DNA of 64,000 nucleotides from Bugula neritina (lineage: Eukaryota > Animalia > Bryozoa): contig OZ037769.1 in NCBI GenBank assembly GCA_964035545.1, positions 1,054,001 to 1,118,000 of the forward strand. Direction: 5' to 3'. The notes under the pieces are model-generated. The model did no database searches, had not been told where the DNA came from, and saw nothing but the letters and a program-made list of their open reading frames with translations. The position numbers were made by a program, and so were the translations under genes. Below are positions 54,301 to 64,000 of the stretch, piece by piece. Each line of letters starts with the position of its first letter. Position 1 is the first letter of the stretch.

Positions 54301-55114
54301 TCATTTTTTCTGGGTAAACGTAATCCAATCATTAATTGTGAACAGGCAATTGATGTCCAAGCATTTTTTTAAAGTCGTCAACCTAATATCTGTTTTAGGT
54401 GGATGGAATAATAACCCATCTGTAACTGGCTTTCAGTCTATCTTTAGAAAATTGGTGACCCGATGTGGTGTACATCCAGGCAACTCAGGAAATTCTAAGC
54501 CATTAGATAACACAACTGCTATTCTCGCTTCAACTAGCTATATTCCACCATTTTCTCAGGAAGATAATGCGGATATCTTCATTCATGATGAGTTAAAACC
54601 TGCTGAAAAAGTAAGGGTTTTAGCTGGCCCTGTTTTGGGTAATGTTGTTGTCTACATCTCTGGGTGGGTTGTCCGAAAGGCACTAAGAAAAGTAACATGT
54701 CTAGAGTGCAGGCAAGCTCTAGTGAACAAGGAGTGCTGCAGTCTCAAGTATGGTAAGCTCAAAAAACTATTGCATGTTAAAAACAATGGTGGGCTTACTA
54801 TACCTTCAGATGGAGTTATTACCACTTGTTTATGCACTCACAAACACCTAAAAGGCCAAAAGTTCGTGAAATTACTTCAGCTACAAATAGATGTGAAGCA
54901 AGAAATTGGTAAATATGACATATTTGGAATTGCTCAACATTCCATGGAAACATCATTAGGCATTGAAAATCATCATTTCTCCCTTTTAAATTTGCTTATT
55001 GAAGTTTATTATGACTTATTCCAGCACCACATTGCTAAACTAACAAATATTGCTATGCACAAACTAAATTTCAGGCAATGTAGCAACAAAAATGTACTGT
55101 TTAGAGGCCAGTAA
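51315..55114 (+). CDS. THAP9: THAP9/P-element transposase derivative lacking the catalytic core, 627 aa. Exons: 51315-51448, 52340-52541, 52623-52736, 52886-53090, 53165-53312, 53397-53436, 53521-53693, 53778-53929, 54399-55114
   Basis: THAP C2CH domain (CYAYNC...SFHKFP...W...LCSDHF...LRSGAVP), DHCY motif, coiled coil, FALTLHLYSPKAYEFLRS..TLPSPRSLRRW, VDRLFDILNS, YKFSQDHLELFFNAVRRCGGWNNNPS, YISGWVVRK...C..C and GGL.IPS. No stop codons in the spliced frame (1884 nt). Confidence 0.85.
51530..51930. repeat. (CTA/CTG/TAG)n microsatellite in transposase intron 1
   Basis: Direct inspection. Confidence 0.85.
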
Positions 55115-57453
55115 TAAGGATGTGGTTAATTAATCATATTTATTGTATTTATATTATAACATTAGATAATCACAAATATTGTTATTGCAATATAATATTA
55201 ATTTTTGTTTATTCTGTAATTTTATTTTAATCTCTTATTGCTTTCAAAACAGAATTTAAAACTTTGAAAGGTTTAAGGAAATCTGTTACTTGCCTGTTTT
55301 GTAAAGCTGTGTTTTACCATCTGTTTTTTATATTATTTATAAACTTTTATACTTGTTATCTTTACTGTCAGTTTTCATGTACTAAGGCTGAAATTTGCTT
55401 TGCTGTTGCTTTTCATTTCATTTTGACTAATGTGTTGATCTAATCAATAAATATGTAATGCATTTGTTAGGTTATTAAAGTTATCATCATATATACTTGA
55501 GGTACATGTTTCATAAAATGATAATTAGTCATGAAATTACAAATACCAAAAGTAAAATAAACAAAATAATTGATTCCTGCTTCACAGTGCTGAATTTTCA
55601 TTATTTTTTAGTGTTTTCCTTAATTTATTAGCTCTAATAGCTTGCATTTATAATGGATTTTACTACTACTGCTGTGTGCAAAACAAGTAGGCGTGGTTAA
55701 GTTTTCCATGTTAAGGCGGAGCTAAACTATTTGGCCACGCTAAAACGTCCTTGGCCTCTCCAGGTATATTCCAGCTCAGTGTAAGCAGCTATCAACATTC
55801 CATCTTCTCATCTCTACGTATTCACTGAAGCGCGAAGTCCTGCGCATTAGTGATTACTAAGGAAAAAATATTTCATTTTCAGTGTATAAATCACTAATTT
55901 TTAGAAAATCTATGAAGGCTATTGAAAAGATAAAAAAGTTTGCTATGCATAAATTTCTCAGGTTTTCGACAGTGTTTGTTTTATTCGAATACTATGCTTT
56001 CCTGCTGAGATATTTGGCAGGGTTTGAAAAATAAACTTTTCAGGTAAAATTGGCCAAAATAGTAGATTTTTGTCTATAACCTTGCAAAAAAATATTGAAA
56101 ATTCGAAAAATCAGGTGCTCTGAGGAACAGGAAGATCTAAAACATAGTTTTTAAATTTTAACTCTAGCACAATTAAGTATGGTTTTATTTGGCGGGACTA
56201 AATTCTTATAATATACCAATAATGTGGCCTCAGCAAGGCAGTGTCAGCTAGAAAGTTGCCATTATTTATCTTATGTGGACTTGCATTTTGTCAATAAGCA
56301 ATGAAATTTGGAAAAAAACCAACATGAAATCCAGAAATAAAATCAAAATGTCTTCAGGAAACAGTACCAGGTGTGTAGGAGAGGTTAATGAAAATTTATC
56401 ACTGAGGTCTACAGGTACTATATCCACATTTTGGTCAAAAACCTAAAGTTATTGCATGTTAATTATCAATGCAATGAGGTTTTGCAAACTGTACACCACC
56501 ATAAGTAACCTTTTATGTTTGATTGTACTAACACCTGGCTTTACATTTTATCATCTTCTAGGTTAACACATATTGAACCTGTCAAATTTGTTCTTTTGGG
56601 GTATATTTCCTTGATGTGTCTAGTGGAAGCTCAGGGGTTTTACTTTAAAACCAAGTTAACATACTCTTCTTTGGTGTGCTTTATTGTGTGCAAGGAGGTG
56701 CGGTGGTATCTCCTTATGGATTAGACTAGTACACTCTAATAAACTCCAACTAGGTTTTCAACCAATTTCTGCTTGCCAATGAGTTATCAATTCAAATTGC
56801 TCTTTATAAATAACCAACACACATTTTCTAATTTGCAATCTTCCTCTGTTCTGTTCTATAATTTTTTTTCTGTGCACGTCAGTGTATTAGATATTTGAAG
56901 TAATCAGGTTACATTTGGAGAGCACTTGTTACCTGTCTCTATCCTTCCATCTTTTTGAGATCTTCAGCAATTTTTCTGTACAGGTTGGACTTAGTGTCAA
57001 TTGAGTAAGACTACATTTAAAATTACAGTCAACAGGTATGGGACAATACTATATATTTATATAGTTTGCAGCAATGCCCAGTCGTCATGTAGCTGGTATG
57101 GTATGAAAATAATAGTGAGGTGCACATTTCAACACAGATTTTTTTCAGAAGAATTAGAGTTCACAATGGCTTTAAATTGCATAAATTTGCATCAGAAGCG
57201 CTCTGAGGGCTTCGGCGGCCGGGGCGCTGCCCCGGACCCCGCCGGGGGCCTGGGCGGCCCCCTGGACCCCCGGCCTGAGAGTATGGCCAAGAATATTTTT
57301 GCCACTACATCCCTGATCTTACTGCCTCAAACCCAACTTTGTCCTACGAAGTGTTGGTCAGAATCATTCAAGCATGCCACGAACGTCTGAATTGTGCAAT
57401 TAAACTATTCATATTATTTTCATCCACACAGCACAACCCTTGTCACACAGGGA

Positions 57454-57460
57454 TATAAAT
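57454..57460 (+). promoter_or_regulatory. Putative TATA box of the small secreted-protein gene
   Basis: TATAAAT about 97 nt upstream of ATG 57551. Confidence 0.45.
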
Positions 57461-57550
57461 TGGCAGAATAAAGCTGTAGGAATTTATTAACCAGCACGTA
57501 CAGTAGCTGCAACACCTGCGTTCTCTCATCGAGCAAGTTAGTAAACCAAG

Positions 57551-60215
57551 ATGTCCGCCTACAAAGTAACTGCCCCTTTAGCGTCTACCATACTTCTGTG
57601 CTGCCTCATGGCATGTCACGTGACAGATTCTGCCGAAGAAGTTGATGTCGGTGCAAGAACTATGGTAAGTGTACCAGTTTAACATATACATTGTTTAAGC
57701 AAATTGCCTTTTTGGTTAACACAAAGACCAAATCTAGCCGTCAGACTAAATGATCAACAGCTATCAGTTTATAATGTTTTATTCTGATTATACCATGTAT
57801 TGCTAGGCTATGCACCAAGGCCGAAATTAGGTGCAGTAGCAATATAATAGACTTTATAATTAGTAATATTTCAATAGTCTAAATTCTTTAATTGCCTTTA
57901 TTAATTGTGAGTATTGAAACTTTTGAGAGAATATTTAAGTTGCTTTGCTGGATTGATAATCTTGAACACAGGCTTCTTCTCTATATGCGCACTTACCTCT
58001 GATTGTAAAAAATAATATAACAACGCCCTAAAATTATAACGTAATGTGCAACATATTTTAAAGCAGTGGCAAGTTTAATAGCAAAGATCTCTATGCTATA
58101 CATAAATATTAATTTAATTAATTTATTCACAGAATAATGTCAATATGGTGCACACACCAAATAATTATCTGTCATTCGTTGAATAGAATTACTTGAGTCA
58201 AAGTCAGAAGATTAGATTTAAGGCTTTACAAATATTACTCTGTAACCTTAGTGTTGGATATTTGAATTCCGTGGCAAAATAGTTGTTATATAATTCCTTA
58301 ATAGTCTCTAACGTATTTTGTTGTTATCTATTGTTATGTTGATTTCAGGTGAAACGACACTTTTTCAGTCAGGATTTCCTTGACGGCTTAGCAGAAGTAA
58401 GTACAATCCTGTTGAAAGCCCAGCAGCTGTAATATTAACACTTGCTGATCGCTGCCTTTCTAACTCTATATAATAAAATTTTCTAACATGCAAAATGTAT
58501 TTTTCTTAGCCCTGTTTAAATAGGATTTTTCAATCTTTGATTTTCTGGGCTTAAAAATTATGCATGTAAGCTTTCTCTATCACATCAGTTTCTTTGTCTT
58601 TTAAACCTGTAAATTATCTTTATTCATTAAAAAAAGCAGTCATCAAGTGAACACATGGGGCTTTTAGGCACGTGTTCAACACCATATGACTATTTCAATA
58701 TATTCAACATATACCCCGATATCACTAGTTGTGCTATACATGATTTGACCAAGCATTGAAAGTGAGAAAAATGCTAGACCATGGCTACCTTGGCAATAAA
58801 ATAATTTTGGCTGTTCAAACTTGCTGAGAACTCTGGTGAGAAGCCAATGAGAGTTTGCTATTCCCTACTTTAATAATAGATTGTTATAAATTGCAACTTT
58901 TCGTTCTTCTTAGCTGAACACTTTGTACGACCTGGCAGAAAATGGCGGATGTACTCACACAGAAGATCAGCTCTCCTGCCCTTATGGCATTGTTCATGAA
59001 GGAACCAACAACTGTCCACGATGCAGAACACTAACTGAGTGTAAGTGGACAATTTTAAGTAAAATCTTGTTAATTTTGATATTTTTGTGGTTGAACTCAT
59101 AAAGCACTCTGCTGCACATAATAGTAAGTATGCTTATAAATGCGTGAAACCTATACATCATAATCAGCAACCTTGCAGATGTAAAATGAGAAATTTTTTT
59201 AGCATTTTAATAAAATAAATGTTTCAAGAGATAATTTAACCAATTAAATCAATTCCGGTTGAAAAAATTTGTTCCTTCTTAGATCACAGCAATCAAACGA
59301 AATGTTTTACAAAGCAGCAGCAAATAGTTGTTCAGTTGATTAAAAGTTTATTGTTGATTTACTGTAATTTTCAGCAGAAAAACGTCATACATTTTCAGCT
59401 GAGATATTGACAGTTGATAAAAAATTAGCTATTGTAGTTGTTCACTAGTTAGCTACTAGTTATTTACTACTTATTTGATTAGATATAAGTTACTGGTTAT
59501 AGTAAAGAGATATTATGTACATTTGTAATGAGAAAATTATGCAGAAGATTTATGGGTGTTTGCATGGGTGTAGTATATTATTTTAGGTACATAAGAATAA
59601 AAATCATAGTGTATGAATTTAAGTTTGTTCTACTTAAATATTATACTCCATAACAAAAACTATATATTTGTAGCTTACAGAGCCTTGCCCTGCAGTAGCA
59701 ACAAATGCTTTAGCAGAGTCTAATCATAATCATTTTAGCTTTTGCATGTTAGTTATTGTGCCTTTCATAACTTGCTGAAGCTAGTTGTAATTACTTCTTT
59801 GTAATAAAACATAAAGCTATACGATTTAACTGTAATTATAAATTGACTGTCAGGTCAAAACCCTCAATTGCAGTTTTATAGATTAGTATTTATTGTAACC
59901 AGCTATGCAACAGCAATTGTGTATAATATTTTATATTTAAACTCAGTTAATTGCCCTTTCTCAAAATCTATAAATAGCAATGCAGATAGTGTTGTATAAA
60001 AAGTAACCTTGTTATTATTTTTATGTACTGGATTGTACTTTCACATGCTTATAGTTGCACATTACCCCCTATTCACACTTTGCCATATTGTAGGCCGTAA
60101 TGTAAAATTTCAGCCATTTTTACAAATGTCTGAGCTTCCTGTAGGGCGTTGCAGTACGTTAGGATCAAGCACAACTTGCTTTAAAAATGTTGCATCAGGC
60201 TCCTTTCCCTGCTAA
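57551..60215 (+). CDS. Uncharacterised small secreted cysteine-rich preproprotein, 136 aa. Exons: 57551-57664, 58349-58396, 58914-59040, 60094-60215
   Basis: Spliced product: MSAYKVTAPLASTILLCCLMACHVTDSAEEVDVGARTMVKR HFFSQDFLDGLAELNTLYDLAENGGCTHTEDQLSCPYGIVHEGTNNCPRCRTLTECRNVKFQPFLQMSELPVGRCSTLGSSTTCFKNVASGSFPC*. Three GTAAGT donors, pyrimidine-rich acceptors, phases 0/0/1 consistent, exons more GC-rich than the flanks. The last exon is the least certain. Confidence 0.72.
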
Positions 60216-62069
60216 TTTATTGGATGTAAATGTCCAATGAAGTGTCATATATCTTACCCAATAGCGCACTTTAGGAAATTTAGCCTGGGCAAATTAAAAT
60301 GGCTTATATTTTACGCTACGACCTATAGGATGGCTAAGTGTGAATAGAGGTATAGGTACTTTAAAGGAATATTACGATTTTTTATTTTGCCGCATTAGAT
60401 GCTGTAAAGTTCTACGCTATAGTGTGTTGTTTGATAGACTATTATATGATGTGTTCCAGTTATGGCCGAAATTAATGAACTAATTGGAGGTGGTTTAGAA
60501 CCCACCAGTTTCACAGGCAACGCACCAATTGGGAGAAGATAACTTCTTGAATAAATATGGAGAAAGCTTCGACTGATTATAGACTGATTTGAGAGACGTG
60601 ATGCATTTTTCTTGCCAGTTTGTCTGTCTAGATAATAGTCTACAAACACGTCTATGATATATAAGGCTTTAAGATATTCTTAAATATTGGAACAAATTAA
60701 AATTATACAAAGCTCCAACTTATGTACATATTATTATTAGTGCTAGGTTTTGTTTTACTAAAGGCTATTTGGTCAATCAACTTGAAACTCTGTATATCAT
60801 AAGTTATTCCCTTAAATTTATTATGATGTATTACGATATCACCAAATAAAAATATTAAAAAACAAATTAAAATTTAATTCCACTTAGAGATAAGATGAAA
60901 CAGTAGTAGCAGCTTTGTTACTTTTCTCTTTCAAAAGTCGTCTACAAAACTTTAAGAAACAACCCTGAAGATGGGACAACTACAAGCTGATCAATTTCTA
61001 CAGGAAATAGAATCTAGCTATGCTATGTGTCTGATGCTTTCACCTTGTAGGTTGCTGAGTGAATAAAGCATATTTATCTCTAGCTTCATCACTGCAGCAG
61101 TGGCTGTGATAGAGTTTTTAGTTTATTGTATAAAGTCATTAGCTTCTTGGAGATAAGCAACAGCAAGATAACTTGTTAACCAAAATGTAGAGCCAGCAGT
61201 AAAATAGGCCCTCTAAAGAAGTTTGCTGAAAAAATACTGAAGGAAATTAAGCCAATATTTTGTTTGATCAATTGTCAACTGTCAATTTATTCAACAAAAT
61301 AACAAATTCAGCCTATAGACTATGCGTTGTTCAGACCTTATGCAACAGAATGTTGTATTGTTTAATAATTAGTTATGTAAAGCTATTTTGCAAGTCATGC
61401 TAAAACTTATTGGATTTGGATTTCGTAACGGAAGATAAAAAAAATTTCTTCAATAATAATTTTACAAAGTTCAAAAGAACATTATTAAAGCTTTTATTCA
61501 AATTATATAAAGTGAGTTTGAATTTGAAAGACAGGATGTAAAAGTTATCTGCCTTTGAGAAACTATAGATTATCATTATATTGGAAATTATCTACAATCT
61601 GTATATATTAAAGCTCTTTAGGTAGGCTACCCTATGTTAAATAGATTGAGGTTATATTTAGGTACCAATCAGAGTTGTCCCCCCTCAACAATACAATAAA
61701 GTTTTATACTTTATTGAAGGCCAACATTATTTATCATTGAAGTACATGACAATCCGACAGCGCTATGTCATTTGAGAGACATGAGAATTTGAAGAATTCA
61801 ATACAAAATGGCAACATAACTGCACTGTATATAATAATTCATGATGCCTGAATGACGTGCAGTAAGACTTGTCAGTCACGTTGGAGTTGATTGATGATTC
61901 ATTATGACAAGAAGTATAACGTTAGAATAACTTCATCTTATCTGTTTGTTTTTAGATTTAATATAAACGCTTTTAACTCCTTCAATGGTAGGCATGCTTA
62001 TAACTATATGTTTATATCTCCATAGCTTTTTTCATAAATTCATTTTTAGGCACAGCAATATATACGCAT

Positions 62070-62492
62070 GGGTCAGTTTACTTCATTTAGTACACACCAG
62101 CAAATTATGACCCAACATTGAAGTTTGCTCCAAATCCATTGAAATTTACTATACATGGTATTTTTATGTGCTGGTTTTAATTACGCATAACAGCAAAGGC
62201 TGGGAGGGGATTCCCCAACATTAAAGCACAGGTCATTGTCATATGCACTTAATATTCTATATGCACGGACCGTTACGAAAAAACCGTAACGGTCCGTAAC
62301 CAAAACTAGCTGAATAATTAGGGAAAAACGTGGGAAATGAAACAAAATTAAAAAGAACTTTGATTATTTAGGTGCATTTATTGGTGCTTAACTAGTTTTG
62401 GCCAAAAAAACCATGCTCATTACCAGCTAAATTGTGAAAAATAGCTAAAAACTGAAGATTTCAAGTGTGTACTAAATTAAGTAAAATGACCC
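62070..62492. mobile_element. MITE, Sola2-like (GGG termini, 4-bp TSD), 423 bp
   Basis: 28-bp TIR GGGTCAGTTTACTTCATTTAGTACACAC versus GTGTGTACTAAATTAAGTAAAATGACCC (2 mismatches); GCAT at 62066-62069 and 62493-62496. Confidence 0.75.
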
Positions 62493-63061
62493 GCATTGCA
62501 AGCTTTCTATACCGATTGCTATGTTTAATGAAATAATCTCCTTTCAACGCATTAGTGTGGTAACAGAAGGCTTTAGTATAACTTGGAATTGCCCGACCTT
62601 TATGTCGCTCAAATATAAAATATAATGCATTGCATTTGAATACTGAAATGTTATCTTATTGAAATCAGGGAATGCTTAAAAAGGTTGTCACAATTATCAT
62701 GATCACGTGAGCTTAAAGATAAGCAATCTAAAATAGCTGTTTCAAGTTTTTTTAGAGAGTCATTTTTAACTGCTGCACATTGATTTGATAAGGAGCTGTG
62801 TAAACCCATTCTATTGGTCAATACCTTTAAAACAATTAAACACCGATCAATATATAATTATATTACAACTGGTTATAAATGTTGGTATACTGAGGCTGAA
62901 GTTTCTTTGCTATTGGGCTTACTTTCCACTTCCAAACAGCTTTCTATAAAATATTATGCTGTAAATGCATTGCGCAGAAGCTGTTAATGTTGTATCAGCT
63001 TTACCTTTAACGATATAATATAATGTAGCTGTACCAAAATCAATAATCTCTAAATCGTAGT

Positions 63062-63174
63062 AAGCATGCATAGCAACAAGCATGCATAGCAACAAGCATG
63101 CATAGCAACAAGCATGCAGAGCAACAAGCATGCATAGCAACAAGCAAGCATAGCAACAAGCAAGCATAGCAACA
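63062..63174. repeat. 16-bp minisatellite
   Basis: (gcatagcaacaagcat)n, ~7 copies. Confidence 0.85.
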
Positions 63175-64000
63175 GGTGATGGCAATAAACAGTTAGCAAA
63201 AAGCCAAAACTGATAAATTAATAAAAAGCTGCTGAACAGTCAGTCTTTTATTTATGTTTTGTAACTATAAGCTGACACTAAAAAGTTGAAAATGTGAAGT
63301 CAAATAAGCAGTTGTATAACAGACTTGGTTGAGCTACCGGGTGGTAATTATTTGAATGTCAACTTGTATTAGCTAGACTGAAATGAGCAACATATACAAA
63401 GCAACACTAATAAATTATTATGCTGCATGACATGATTAATTTGGTTAGTGCTGCCTGTACTAGTTAGTTGGCGTAAAAAATACGAATATAGGCACATAGG
63501 CTCAGCATAAGACCATGTAATTAGCTTTGATTTAAAATTGGAGAGAAGAGTGCAAACTTAAGCTCTTTGTTTTATGACTCAAAGGCTATTTATATAGAGT
63601 AATAGGCTATTTAAACTAAGACATGCTATTATCATATTAAGTGGGAGCATATTGAGCTAAAGCATGCACTGCATATACCATGTATATTCTACTCTAAAGG
63701 CTGCTCTACTTTTAGCAATAAAACACTAATATGATATACCATATTATAAAAGGAATTAATATATTAATTTAATCTGTTTACAACATTGAGTTTATAAATT
63801 TCCAAGAAAATGCTTTCAGCTGTTTTCACAGTCTGACAGCATAGAAAACAGCATTCCTGAATTAAGTATTTCTATTATTAAAACCATCAATTATGCTTTA
63901 ATCATTATATTTATTTGCTCATGTCTGCAAAACTAATACTACAATATAATGCAATACATTTTATCCATAGATGAAAGATGAAGAATATAGTATAGTGTAT

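Larger units (their letters stand above)
51078..55781 (+). mobile_element. P-element-superfamily (THAP9-like) DNA transposon, internally deleted
   Basis: 8-bp direct repeat TAAGCAGC at 51070-51077 and 55782-55789. Imperfect 23-bp TIR CAATGAACTCAATAATATCTGGA versus reverse complement CACTGAGCTGGAATATACCTGGA (16/23). It encloses the THAP transposase gene. Confidence 0.8.
50809..57315. mobile_element. Non-autonomous hAT-like DNA transposon (~1.8 kb of its own sequence) hosting a nested P element
   Basis: Perfect 14-bp TIR CAGGGATGTAGTGG (50809-50822) / CCACTACATCCCTG (57302-57315); 8-bp TSD ATCTTACT (50801-50808, 57316-57323); subterminal inverted repeat TTCTTGGCCATAC (50870-50882) / GTATGGCCAAGAA (57281-57293); clustered CCATACG/CGTATGG motifs at the left end; GC-rich stem-loop region at ~57215-57275. 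The hAT assignment is inferred from CAG termini plus the 8-bp TSD. Confidence 0.85.

Noticed and set aside
55790-57200. Possible hAT transposase remnant in the outer element
   Set aside because: No recognisable hAT motifs or long ORF by eye; needs tBLASTx or an HMM search
59375-59420. KRHTFSAEIL resembling KRHFFSQDFL, as a possible repeated neuropeptide exon
   Set aside because: No convincing donor; the 60094 exon gives a better model with paired cysteines
436-63174. CRISPR-like interpretation of the regular repeats
   Set aside because: Eukaryotic context, head-to-tail units without unique spacers, and no cas genes

Overview
Eukaryotic (animal, probably invertebrate) AT-rich, intron-rich genomic DNA, so the ORF track shows only exon fragments. 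By manual splicing (GT-AG, phase-consistent) I reconstruct five host genes: (1) a complete 23-exon MAP1/Futsch-family microtubule-associated protein on the minus strand (292-19583, ~1771 aa); (2) an 11-exon M14A metallocarboxypeptidase with a hydrophobic C-terminal tail (22149-32048); (3) OGG1 with a large internal insertion (32778-35022); (4) a two-pore-domain K+ channel (40993-47481); (5) an unrecognised 4-exon, 136-aa secreted, KR-processed, 8-Cys protein (57551-60215) that is almost invisible in the ORF track. Between genes 4 and 5 lies a nested transposon: a P-element/THAP9-type element (51078-55781, 8-bp TSD) inside a non-autonomous hAT-like element (50809-57315, 8-bp TSD). Its transposase has lost the catalytic core yet still splices into one 627-aa frame. 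There are also two MITEs (Kolobok-like, Sola-like) and many mini/microsatellites, several of which are amplifications of real splice junctions. The best leads are the novel Cys-rich prepropeptide, a PAM2-motif cassette exon in MAP1, the in-frame deleted P transposase and the splice-site-anchored minisatellites. All gene models are hand-derived and have no transcript support.
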